Shown piece by piece: positions 19,172 to 28,498 of a DNA stretch of 64,000 nt; the stretch's first letter is position 1; the number at the start of each line of letters is the position of its first letter. Both the position numbers and the translations under genes were made by a program. The stretch lies in the IMG/VR virus record IMGVR_UViG_3300033070_001123. One strand, given 5' to 3'. The notes below the pieces were generated by a model. It did no database searches. It saw nothing but the letters and a program-made list of their open reading frames with translations, and had not been told where the DNA came from. Origin of the DNA: a virus (Duplodnaviria; Heunggongvirae; Uroviricota; Caudoviricetes).

Positions 19172-19696
19172 TTAGATTCCAATGCTCTTTTCCCAGATAT
19201 TGTTTTTGGCGTCTATTCGCCTATAAAAAATTACTTTATCAATAGGTATCTCTCGTCCCCAATCCAATCCTCTTGTTGTCATTACTTCATTAGGAACGAC
19301 ACTATCATAATCTTTTCGACTTATAACAGCTATACCATTTTTATCAACACTCGTAACAAAAAAGTCTGTGAATAGTGCATTTTTCTTATGGCAGTCCTCA
19401 CTTTTTCTATTCATAACACGAACAGTCTCATATGGAAATCTCCCTTTTCCATACATCCAAGCAGTTTTTACTTCTGTGCTAATTACTCGACGGACTCCAT
19501 TAACAATAACTTCTAGATCTCGATGATAAGGCTGTTCCAGTTCGTTTTCTACATTCATGTCCACATTTTTAGCAAAGCCTTTCTTTTCAAGAAACTTAAG
19601 AAGAGCATAAGCTGCGTTTTTAGCTGGTTCATCATATTTGTCAAAATCCTCTTGCACAAAGAACGAACCAACACCTTTCATTGATTTATAATTCAT
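19172..19696 (-). CDS. Putative PD-(D/E)xK nuclease
   Basis: RDLEV...STEVKT spacing; abuts the methyltransferase gene. Confidence 0.45.
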   Translation of the reverse strand: MNYKSMKGVGSFFVQEDFDKYDEPAKNAAYALLKFLEKKGFAKNVDMNVENELEQPYHRDLEVIVNGVRRVISTEVKTAWMYGKGRFPYETVRVMNRKSEDCHKKNALFTDFFVTSVDKNGIAVISRKDYDSVVPNEVMTTRGLDWGREIPIDKVIFYRRIDAKNNIWEKSIGI

Positions 19697-19725
19697 ATTT
19701 GAAGCTCAATATTTGCTATACTACC

Positions 19726-21114
19726 TTAATACCTATCAACTCCACCTGGATCATCTACAACGTCTCTGTCGTCTTCTTTTGCTTCTAAAATAGGCTTTTC
19801 ATCAGAAATTATGACATCTTCATCAAAGAAGTCTTTCTCTTGAATAAAATGTTTCCAGTCGAAGCCAAGGAACCGCTCCCAAATCAAGTCATACTTCAAT
19901 GGGTCTGGACCATAAGCGATACCAAGAACCCTAAGAAGAACGCTTGCATAACCCGAACCTCGACCACAACCAGTAAGAATTGACTTATTAGTAGCCTCTT
20001 GGATGTAATCTCGAACGATAAGAAAGTAAGTTGCAAAATCGTATTTGTTATTCTCCCATGCAACTCTAACGTCTTCAAGCTCTCTCTTGAGTCTTTCCTT
20101 ATGAGGCTCGCTACGGTCCCATCCAAGTTTCCTCATACCCTCCCATGCAATATGAGAAAGATAATCAAACGGAGAGGCAAAGCCTTCTGGAATCTTATAC
20201 CTAGGCAATCTCATGCCAGAAGTCATGTTCTCAAAAATATCCTTAGCATCTATCTTATCAGCAACCATGACTGTATTGAGAAGAAACTCTGGATGAGATC
20301 CAAACATTACAGACATCTCAAGAGCAGACTTGAGATAGAATTCATGGTACGGAAAATGCAATCTCTTTGGATCGTTAAGACAGCGACTCGTACTCATGCA
20401 CATGAGTATTTCTTGCGAAGAACCATGCTCTTTCTTGCAATAGTGACAATCATTTGTAGCAATGATTGGAACATTCATTTCATTACCAAGCTTTATGATG
20501 TCAGGAATAATTGCCGCTTCCGCTTCAATTCCATGATACATAACCTCTAAATGGAAGTCTTCCTTGAAGATATCCTTGAAAAGAGCAACAGACTTCTTAG
20601 CCTGGTCATAGCGGTCATGAAGCAAATTAGCATTGATGACGCTACTAAGACAAGCAGAATTGCAAATCAAACCTTCACTATGTTCAGCCAAAAGGTTGAT
20701 ATCAATTCTTGGGTCAATATAAACGCCTTCGGTCCATGACTTTTGAGATAAAGAGCAGAGGTTCTGCCAACCTTTCCAGTTCTTTGCAATAAGAACCAAG
20801 TGGCGATTACCTTTTCTTCCGTCAGGTTGACCCTTCACAATCTTGTTGCCGTCTTTCTTTTCGCCTCTCAAGTGACGGTCTTTAGACAAGTAGAATTCGC
20901 AACCAATAATAGGCTTTATACCCTCTTTATTGCATTCTTGAGTAAACTTGACCGCTCCACCCATATTACCGTGGTCAGTCAACGCTAAGGCCTTAAACCC
21001 CATTTCCTTAGCAGCCTTAGGAAACTGAGATATCTTATTCAAGCCGTCAAAAGACGAATACTCGGAATGATTGTGCAAATGCACAAAATCGCTATTGCTT
21101 ATGATTTTTGCCAT
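19726..21114 (-). CDS. dnaE: DNA polymerase III alpha, N-terminal part (PHP domain and start of the polymerase domain)
   Basis: FVHLHNHSEYSSFDG, ALTDHG, PIIGCEFY, HLVLIAKN, ATNDCHY, YFLIVRDYI, GRGSG, ERFL; no PDID motif; start at 21114 or 21120. Confidence 0.92.
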   Translation of the reverse strand: MAKIISNSDFVHLHNHSEYSSFDGLNKISQFPKAAKEMGFKALALTDHGNMGGAVKFTQECNKEGIKPIIGCEFYLSKDRHLRGEKKDGNKIVKGQPDGRKGNRHLVLIAKNWKGWQNLCSLSQKSWTEGVYIDPRIDINLLAEHSEGLICNSACLSSVINANLLHDRYDQAKKSVALFKDIFKEDFHLEVMYHGIEAEAAIIPDIIKLGNEMNVPIIATNDCHYCKKEHGSSQEILMCMSTSRCLNDPKRLHFPYHEFYLKSALEMSVMFGSHPEFLLNTVMVADKIDAKDIFENMTSGMRLPRYKIPEGFASPFDYLSHIAWEGMRKLGWDRSEPHKERLKRELEDVRVAWENNKYDFATYFLIVRDYIQEATNKSILTGCGRGSGYASVLLRVLGIAYGPDPLKYDLIWERFLGFDWKHFIQEKDFFDEDVIISDEKPILEAKEDDRDVVDDPGGVDRY

Positions 21115-21157
21115 AGTCATGTATCGACGCTACAGGACTCGGATTTAGAGTAAAACA

Positions 21158-21436
21158 CTAACCATGCTTCTTGGGGTCAAATCGCTCTCGAATGCCCTTT
21201 TCTTTATCATGAATCCACTTAGGCCGTGTTTTCCTAATATGATCACGAACATCAGAGCATCTGTCCCAAGCTGGTTTGCCGTCTCTAATGGCTGGCGCGC
21301 AAATAGCCCTACGGATTGGCTTGCCGCTTTCAGGATCAACAGTAAGAGCGTCGTCTTTCATGTTTTGAAAGATCTCAATAGTCTCACCTATTGGCTCGCC
21401 CTCTTTACTCAGTATCTGGTATATGTAGGTTGGAAT
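21158..21436 (-). CDS. FmdB-like small regulatory protein, probably with an ATT start
   Basis: (M)PTYIYQ...EIFQNMKDDALTVDPESGKPIRRAI; AAGGAG SD 7 nt before ATT CCA ACC TAC; alternative SD-less ATG at 21463. Confidence 0.7.
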   Translation of the reverse strand: MPTYIYQILSKEGEPIGETIEIFQNMKDDALTVDPESGKPIRRAICAPAIRDGKPAWDRCSDVRDHIRKTRPKWIHDKEKGIRERFDPKKHG

Positions 21437-21485
21437 TTTTGATCTCCTTGAAGGAATTTTCATGCCGCATAACTAATATAAATGT

Positions 21486-22256
21486 ATGAAAAAGATAATC
21501 ATATCAAAGCGTGAATTAGAAAAAACAATAAATAGTAGTAACTCTAGAAAAGAAATTTTAGACAAACTTCAAATATCTCAATCTACATTTTACAGCATAT
21601 GCTCTTCATATAAAATATCGGCAATAAAACCTAAATTTAACGAAAACTATTTCGAGAATATAGATTCAGAAAGAAAAGCTTATTGGCTTGGTTTTATTTT
21701 TGCAGATGGATGTGTTTCGGAAATAAAGGGTTGTTCAAAATTCTTATCCATTTGCCTATCAAGAAAAGACAGAGAACATCTTGAACTATTTAGTAAAGAT
21801 ATAAACTCTTCTATCAAAATACATGATTATCATAATAAGCACGATTTTTCTTATATTCGTTTGTATTCAGATAAGATAAGTAATGATTTAATCAAACTTG
21901 GATGCACTCCGAGAAAATCACTAATACTCCAATACCCAATCCTAAATAAGAATATGGATAGACACTTTATAAGAGGATATTTCGACGGAGATGGATGCGT
22001 TTCACATCATAATAACGGAGCAAGGGGAGGGCCAAGATTATCTATTATAGGAAGTGAAATATTTTTAGATGAAATGCAAAACAAATTACATGAACATTTA
22101 GGAATAAAAAAGAGACCAAAACTATTTAGATCAGGAAGTGCCTACAAATATGATAGTACCGCATACAGTTCTGTAAAAACAATAATGGATTGGCTATACA
22201 AAGATTCCAACGTCTTCCTGAGCAGAAAAAGAAATTCTTATTTATCTGCTATTTAA
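21486..22256 (+). mobile_element. Free-standing double-motif LAGLIDADG homing endonuclease with N-terminal HTH
   Basis: KAYWLGFIFADG and HFIRGYFDGDG; AT-rich; opposite strand to neighbours. Confidence 0.9.
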
Positions 22257-22489
22257 TTTACGTTGGCATTGTCTTTACTATGTCCTGCGCATTGAACAAC
22301 AATGGATGTTACAAAGTTCTTTTTGTATACCTTCCATTCAACCTGTCTTCCAAAGACAGTTATCTTTACAGGCTCAATGGGATTAGAGCAATCCACTGTT
22401 TCGCAATCATTGCATAAAGGGGAAACAACTCCAAGAGGCCCAACAGGAAGCCTTTCAAGAGGAACAAGTTTACACTTATATTGGCTCAC
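22253..22489 (-). CDS. Small Cys-rich hypothetical protein
   Basis: CNDC....C...C pattern; overlaps the upstream gene. Confidence 0.6.
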   Translation of the reverse strand: MSQYKCKLVPLERLPVGPLGVVSPLCNDCETVDCSNPIEPVKITVFGRQVEWKVYKKNFVTSIVVQCAGHSKDNANVN

Positions 22490-23091
22490 TCGTCGTCATC
22501 TCTCTTCTTAATCTTCTTCGCTGAGGTTTGCGCTCTCTTGAGAGCAGCTTGTCTTTCTTGCAAGATATTTTTTGCTTCTTCTTCAGGAAGATCGGTTTGC
22601 TCAGCCGCTGCTGACAAAGATACTGTTGGAGTAGCACCATCAATTGCATTTTGAATCTCATGCAACCTTGCTTGCTCTTGACGAATCTGCTCCCTGACTT
22701 CCTCAGGATACTCAGATAGGTCGTCGCCGCCGTCTTGCTCTAAATCAACAATAGTTGGACCGCTACTTGTTTTGGGCTTAGATATTGGTCTTGAAGAAAC
22801 CAATCTTGGCTTAGGCAACGAAGATGGTTTTTGAGTAACAGTCTTTTGTACCGGCAATGTAGCCGAAACGGTTCGCCTACCTTCAAGAACTCCTTGAGCA
22901 ATCAAGAAATCAGTTACCTCGGCAAACATTCCAATAGGAAAGCTAATAGCGATCTCGCCATTCTCGTCTAAAACGCCAATAGACATACCGCAATCAGCGG
23001 ACTCATAAAGCCTTAGCCAAATGGAAAAAACAGCCTCCCCATTGACATATTCATATTCAAAATCTATCTTCTTATTTGACTTGATTGCCAT
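22486..23091 (-). CDS. Hypothetical protein
   Basis: 201-aa ORF with AGGAG SD. Confidence 0.7.
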   Translation of the reverse strand: MAIKSNKKIDFEYEYVNGEAVFSIWLRLYESADCGMSIGVLDENGEIAISFPIGMFAEVTDFLIAQGVLEGRRTVSATLPVQKTVTQKPSSLPKPRLVSSRPISKPKTSSGPTIVDLEQDGGDDLSEYPEEVREQIRQEQARLHEIQNAIDGATPTVSLSAAAEQTDLPEEEAKNILQERQAALKRAQTSAKKIKKRDDDE

Positions 23092-23287
23092 TGCTATCTC
23101 CTAAAATCTTCTTCCTTAAAAACTGCCTTATCTGCTGTTGTTGCTGCGTCAATCGCTTCTTCATTTCCTTGTATATAGGGGCTGGAACTTCATTTTGTAT
23201 AAACGTTCCGCATTTAGAGCATACCGTTCCATATACATTCGATCTTGCCCCCAAACTTGAAAAACAATGAGGACAAACAAAACTCAT
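23072..23287 (-). CDS. Zinc-ribbon small protein
   Basis: CPHC...CSKC. Confidence 0.6.
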   Translation of the reverse strand: MSFVCPHCFSSLGARSNVYGTVCSKCGTFIQNEVPAPIYKEMKKRLTQQQQQIRQFLRKKILGDSNGNQVK

Positions 23288-23766
23288 TGCTCATCCTCGT
23301 CTAAAACAATATCGTCATTTTCGTCTTCGTCATCGTCTTTGCTAAATAGTATCTCTTTCCTATAGCCATACTTTTTGTCAAGATATTCTGAATCAACAAT
23401 GTAAGTTTCCCATTCTGACTTCCAAAAAGCCGGCCATGAATCAACAACATGAGGCAATGGCTCAGGAGTTTTCCAGCCAAACTCATTACACCAATAAGTC
23501 AAACTCTTTATATCCGCATTATGAGCGTCTTTACTTGACGGAAAATACTCAGCGATGTAAACCTTGCCTGTATTGTAAAAATGACAAATGAGAATCGCAA
23601 AACCAAAAGGACTCATAACAGTAACCTTTGAGCGGACCATCCACTCACCCTTATGGCTTGCAACACCAGACTCCTCAGCATCAGCAGCCATGATTTTACA
23701 AACCTTATCATAGTTGCCATTTGCCTCAAGCAATGTTACATCTGAAAATTGAATCTCAAATTCCAT
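23284..23766 (-). CDS. Hypothetical protein with acidic tail
   Basis: 160-aa ORF coupled to its neighbours. Confidence 0.65.
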   Translation of the reverse strand: MEFEIQFSDVTLLEANGNYDKVCKIMAADAEESGVASHKGEWMVRSKVTVMSPFGFAILICHFYNTGKVYIAEYFPSSKDAHNADIKSLTYWCNEFGWKTPEPLPHVVDSWPAFWKSEWETYIVDSEYLDKKYGYRKEILFSKDDDEDENDDIVLDEDEQ

Positions 23767-24615
23767 TTAACTAATCCTGTTTTCCTCAACAGTATTTACT
23801 GTCTTTTTATTTTCCTCAATTCTCTTGGATCTTGGAATATAATCGTCAAATATATTAGAAACAGCAGATATCCTTTGTCTTGCGTAATTAACATCGGATT
23901 CAGAATTGTCTATACCAATGTAGTTTCTGCCAAGAACTTTAGCCATCAAGCCTGTAGTACCAGTTCCCATAAACGGATCAACAACTGTATTCCCTCTGTA
24001 AGAAAATAGCTTAATGACCCTTCTTGCTAACTCTTCAGGAAATGGCGCTGGATGACCATTTAGATTCTGAGTTTCTGGTTGAATAAACCATGTTGAAAAA
24101 GTCCAGTTTTGGAACTCTTCATTTGTCATATCAGAAAGCTCAGGGTCTCCTTTGAGTTTCCAACTACCTTTAGACCAAACCATAATATACTCATGATTTC
24201 GTCTAATAGCAGGATTAGAGCAAGACATATAAGAACCAAAAGCAGTTGCCCTGCCTGACCAGTTCTGCTTATACCAGCAAATTTCGGTTCTATATTTAAG
24301 ACCTACCTCTCTACCTACATTGATAAGGTCACCCGCAATGGGTCTCATATATTCGTCGTCGTCTTGCCTATTTCTAACAGAATCAATATTGATTACAAGT
24401 CGGCCTCCGTCAACAAGTATTCTCTTGCATTCAATAAATATCTTCTTTAGCCAATCAACATATACCTTATATGGATCGTCGTCATTACGATTACGATACC
24501 CTTCAAGCTGAATATTATAAGGCGGAGAAGATAAAACAAGATGAACACTCTCGTCGGGTATCTTTTTGAGACCGTCCAAAACATCGTCCAACATAATTGT
24601 GTTCAACAAGCTCAT
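23767..24615 (-). CDS. Beta-class N4-C/N6-A DNA methyltransferase
   Basis: LVLSSPPYN, HEYI, HPAPFPEEL, VVDPFMGTGTT. Confidence 0.92.
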   Translation of the reverse strand: MSLLNTIMLDDVLDGLKKIPDESVHLVLSSPPYNIQLEGYRNRNDDDPYKVYVDWLKKIFIECKRILVDGGRLVINIDSVRNRQDDDEYMRPIAGDLINVGREVGLKYRTEICWYKQNWSGRATAFGSYMSCSNPAIRRNHEYIMVWSKGSWKLKGDPELSDMTNEEFQNWTFSTWFIQPETQNLNGHPAPFPEELARRVIKLFSYRGNTVVDPFMGTGTTGLMAKVLGRNYIGIDNSESDVNYARQRISAVSNIFDDYIPRSKRIEENKKTVNTVEENRIS

Positions 24616-24617
24616 GA

Positions 24618-25376
24618 TTACTCCGAGAATATATCTTTTACTACATCTAGTCTTTGCTTTGCTAAAGCAATCGCTTTAGGGTTCTTATCGCTTCCAACAG
24701 GGAATCTTTTAGCCGCTAACGCTGCTTCTAAAAAACTACCGCTACCGCAAAATGGGTCCAAAACTCTATCCCCAGGATTGCTCCATATAGTAACTACTCT
24801 CTCCATGAGCTTAAGAGGCTTTTGAGTTGCATACCCGTTCTTTTCCGGCTCATTCCTGCATATTGCAGGAATATCAACCCACCAATCCTCAAGAAGCTTA
24901 CCTCTCTGTTCGTAATGTTCCCAAGGAATTTTTTCTTTCGACCAAGCAGCAGCCCCTCCGACATTCATCTTGGTTTTATATGGAACCCTGGGTTGGTTAA
25001 ATACATACTCTCCGAGTCCATACCATAGGATCGTATGATGCTTCCTAGGGAGCCATCTCTTAGCGCTTGCAGGATTACTAAAGCCCCATATAATTTCGTT
25101 CCTGAAGCTATCCCTTCCAAAAATCTTATCCATTGAAACTTTGACATAATGTATCGCCTTGTAATCCATATGAACTACAATATTCGAATCTTTCTTCATT
25201 AGCTTCTTAATGGCATTCAGCCTGTCAGCCATATAAGAAACAAACTCGTCGAAAGACGAACCAACTCCATAGTATTCGTCTTCAGATTCACAGCTATAAG
25301 GCGGATCTAGATACACTAAATCAACAGGCTCCGTTACCAGGCCAAGACAGTCAGTATTATGAAGTTCATATTTCAT
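24618..25376 (-). CDS. Beta-class N6-adenine DNA methyltransferase
   Basis: DLVYLDPPY, FRNEIIW, YATQKPLKL, VLDPFCGSGS. Confidence 0.92.
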   Translation of the reverse strand: MKYELHNTDCLGLVTEPVDLVYLDPPYSCESEDEYYGVGSSFDEFVSYMADRLNAIKKLMKKDSNIVVHMDYKAIHYVKVSMDKIFGRDSFRNEIIWGFSNPASAKRWLPRKHHTILWYGLGEYVFNQPRVPYKTKMNVGGAAAWSKEKIPWEHYEQRGKLLEDWWVDIPAICRNEPEKNGYATQKPLKLMERVVTIWSNPGDRVLDPFCGSGSFLEAALAAKRFPVGSDKNPKAIALAKQRLDVVKDIFSE

Positions 25377-26001
25377 TCTTCTTGGGGCCTCTAAGTCTGT
25401 CTATCTCTTCTTGCTTCTTTTCAGCCATGTAAATCTCATACCTTGATTTTGTTCTCGCAGGAAGAGCCTTTACAAGCTTCTCTAGATCGTCTACTCTTTC
25501 AACAAGAATATAGGAATCCACAACCTTGTAGACCTTTTCCGCTATTTCTAGGTCTTTGGCGTTGAAACCAACCTTTGACAGGAAATTGTACATATGATTA
25601 CTGACAAATAGATCGGCGGCAATAATTGATTCCGTTTTATCAGTTTTACCTCCGCTTTCTGAGTATATAACAAGTTCTCTAACAATAGAGTCAACAATAT
25701 CGTCTAGGCTTATATTTAGTCCTGACGATAACTTTTCTATGCTTTCTCTAAGAGTTATCTGCTCATAAGCAGAAACCAACTGTATGATATTACCAGCGCT
25801 CTTGCATCCAAAGCAGTAATAGTCCTGTCCATTTGGCTTGTCAAATACAAAGAATGAGGGCGTGTTATCATTAGCATGCGTAGGCAAAGGGCAACGATAC
25901 TTGTACCTCTCAGCGTCATGACTTTGCCACTGTATGCCCTTAAGAGCAAGATAATCAGTTATCTTGACTGATTTTGAAATTGTATCAAGTATCGCATTCA
26001 T
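25366..26001 (-). CDS. Stand-alone CHC2 primase zinc-binding-domain protein
   Basis: CPLPTH..DNTPSF...YYCFGC..AGNII.LV...E.I...E.IEKL; immediately downstream of dnaB. Confidence 0.8.
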   Translation of the reverse strand: MNAILDTISKSVKITDYLALKGIQWQSHDAERYKYRCPLPTHANDNTPSFFVFDKPNGQDYYCFGCKSAGNIIQLVSAYEQITLRESIEKLSSGLNISLDDIVDSIVRELVIYSESGGKTDKTESIIAADLFVSNHMYNFLSKVGFNAKDLEIAEKVYKVVDSYILVERVDDLEKLVKALPARTKSRYEIYMAEKKQEEIDRLRGPKKNEI

Positions 26002-26002
26002 A

Positions 26003-27595
26003 TTAACTAAAATCCAAGTTTGCTACACTATTCAAAACACCCTTTGTTGCGCTCTTTGCGGGATTCTTTACTTCGCCCCTACTGAGCATGGGTTGAGGCG
26101 CTTCTGGTTCAAAGGAAAGGTCAAGGTCAGGATTCTTGATTACAGCATCTTCTGCTTTCTTAATCAAACCTGAAGCCTCTGGATCTCCAAAATCAAACGT
26201 AGCCTCAACAGTTGAATAGATCTTGCCAATATGAGGATTAACTTCAAGATCCGCCTTTGATTTGTCTTTGTATTGGCCGAACATCGTTGAACCGTAACGG
26301 GACTTTACGCATACAAGATAAAGCTTCTCTTTTGGCCTATCAGGATGAGGAAACTGAACAAAGATATTATCAGCGTCTGCTGAGAAATCATGAGAACCTC
26401 TAAGAGCGTCTGAGCCAACAGTTTGCTTGCCGTCCTTTTGATTGCGAAGAGACTTGATAGCCTCTCTATTCAACTGTACAGCAGACAAAACAGAGAAACC
26501 CATCTTCCTACCAAGCTGCCTAAGGTCTTTGCACATCTGACCATACCAGCTATGCTCGGCAAGTCTCTGATACCAAGGCTCAGGGCTAAGAATAGAAATG
26601 TAGTCAATTACAACAAGTCTTGGTCTGAAGAAATGCTTGCGCTTCTCAAGCTCCGCCCTAATCTTAGATACGGTCATTCTCTCTTGAGCGTCAAGAATGG
26701 CAAACTTAGAACTTATCTTCTTGAACTCTTCATTAGCCTTCTTGAGCCTTTCCTTTTCTGGCGGCGAAAGCAAACTAGGCTTGCCAATTTTCTCAGAATG
26801 AACATTAGCCTCCCTAGCCATGATTCTCTGCATCAATCTGGCTTTAGGCATTTCAAGCGAAACATAAAGAACATCTTCCTGAGAATCTCTACAGACATTC
26901 AATGCAATATTGATCATTGTTGCGGACTTAAATCCGCCAACGTCAGCAACAATGAGAGTAAGCGCGCCGATATCCAAACCCATCGGCATTGTCTCGTCAA
27001 AAGGCTTTATTCCAGTTTGCAGAACCTTCTTTGGATTCGTTATCTCGTTCTCTAGCTCCGCATACCAATCGTCTCCGTATTCAGCAACGGTATCCCAAGA
27101 GGCAGTCTTGCCATCAATTGAGTTCGAGGTTAGTATGGTAAGCTCTTCTGTAAGAGAAGAAAGCGAACCAATCCAATCTTGACCTTTGTTGGCGCTAAAC
27201 TTCTCTATAAACTTGACAGACTTTTGACGAATGAAGCTTTCTCTAACTCTCCTGCACATAAGAGGAAAGTCAGCCGAATCAGTCTTCTCAAAGTTCTTTA
27301 TACCAGTATATATGTCCTTTTCATTACCAACTGCAATTTTTTGACTCGAAACCTCGCTACCAGTCCACTTGTTGTAATCACCGTTTGCAACAGATTTCGA
27401 TATAAAATCGCTGTAATACTCTTCAGTAAACGCTTGAGAATCTTGATAAGACTGTTCTATGCCTCTAACAAAGGGTCTGTATTTCGTGTCAAAGTATTCA
27501 GTACCAATTTGTTCAGATAGAAAATCAGGTATAAACTCTTGTTTATTGACCACTATGTTGAGTAATTTTTGCTGAGCTTCTGCGTCTGTAATCAT
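26003..27595 (-). CDS. dnaB: DnaB-like replicative helicase
   Basis: TGIKPFD, ADVGGFKS (variant Walker A), YVSLEM, VVIDYI, AVQLNR, LRGS, DAD, KSRYG; ATGA overlap start at 27595. Confidence 0.88.
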   Translation of the reverse strand: MITDAEAQQKLLNIVVNKQEFIPDFLSEQIGTEYFDTKYRPFVRGIEQSYQDSQAFTEEYYSDFISKSVANGDYNKWTGSEVSSQKIAVGNEKDIYTGIKNFEKTDSADFPLMCRRVRESFIRQKSVKFIEKFSANKGQDWIGSLSSLTEELTILTSNSIDGKTASWDTVAEYGDDWYAELENEITNPKKVLQTGIKPFDETMPMGLDIGALTLIVADVGGFKSATMINIALNVCRDSQEDVLYVSLEMPKARLMQRIMAREANVHSEKIGKPSLLSPPEKERLKKANEEFKKISSKFAILDAQERMTVSKIRAELEKRKHFFRPRLVVIDYISILSPEPWYQRLAEHSWYGQMCKDLRQLGRKMGFSVLSAVQLNREAIKSLRNQKDGKQTVGSDALRGSHDFSADADNIFVQFPHPDRPKEKLYLVCVKSRYGSTMFGQYKDKSKADLEVNPHIGKIYSTVEATFDFGDPEASGLIKKAEDAVIKNPDLDLSFEPEAPQPMLSRGEVKNPAKSATKGVLNSVANLDFS

Positions 27596-28452
27596 CCTTG
27601 TCCCCCAACCTTTATCAGCCATGTATTATTCGCAGAAATGATTTTCTGAAATGCATAACCCATGAACTTGCTATAGTCCTGGGACTCAACATCAAAATCG
27701 CAAATCAGAATGGTTGGTAACTTATTTTCAAGTCTTGTTATCAAGAAACTTTCGAATAAAGCAACAAAGGACTGATAGTTGAAATCAAGCTCATTCGCAG
27801 GCAAAGTTATATCGTCGATAACAAGCCAATCGCATTCTTTCAAATCATTGGCTTTATCTGTCTTTTGCTTTAGATCTTGCTTGAGGGTATGAAACGATAC
27901 CATCGAATATGTGTCTGCTCGATTAGAAGCGTAAAGCCTTCTCCATATAGCTTCTTTTATGATAAGGCTCGCAATGAGCGTCTTACCAGCAGGCAACGAA
28001 CGAGAAGAAGCCCCAAGCTTCAAACGAATAGCGTCTCCGTGAATAACGACATTATCGCCGTCATTAAAACGGGTATCCATCTTAGAAGCTTTATTCATGG
28101 CCTCTCTGGTTGAGAGCCTAGCTATCTCTTCACCGTCAAACAGATACTTACGAAGATCGTTTTGTATCCTAACTCGGTCCTCGTTACTCCAAACGGATTG
28201 AAGGTTCTTATTTTTATCAACAACCATTCCGGTTAGATTTTGGATGCTTAGTTCTCTGTATTGCTCGGGTATCGTATACTCAATATTGCCTTTGATTTCT
28301 GCGAGTTTTCTACAAAGACAACCGTTAGGTCTACTACACTGGTCCGCTCCGATATAGTTCTTGCAAAAAGAAGGATTACCATTTGAATCTTCCCCTGCGG
28401 TTTGATACAAATAGAACCTGTACTTGCGTATGATTGCAGTTAAATCAGACAT
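27592..28452 (-). CDS. DnaC/IstB-like helicase loader ATPase
   Basis: N-terminal Cys cluster, IPEQY, AGKTLIAS, CDWLVIDDI, RLENKLPTI; coupled to dnaB. Confidence 0.7.
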   Translation of the reverse strand: MSDLTAIIRKYRFYLYQTAGEDSNGNPSFCKNYIGADQCSRPNGCLCRKLAEIKGNIEYTIPEQYRELSIQNLTGMVVDKNKNLQSVWSNEDRVRIQNDLRKYLFDGEEIARLSTREAMNKASKMDTRFNDGDNVVIHGDAIRLKLGASSRSLPAGKTLIASLIIKEAIWRRLYASNRADTYSMVSFHTLKQDLKQKTDKANDLKECDWLVIDDITLPANELDFNYQSFVALFESFLITRLENKLPTILICDFDVESQDYSKFMGYAFQKIISANNTWLIKVGGQG

Positions 28453-28498
28453 ATGGTATTCTCGACAAAAACAACCTAGCCGTTGCAGGAAATCACAA

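Noticed and set aside
15489-21120. Trans-splicing split intein in dnaE
   Set aside because: There is no N-intein after the first half and no short C-intein ending HN-C/S/T before the second; the orphan intein lacks splicing residues.
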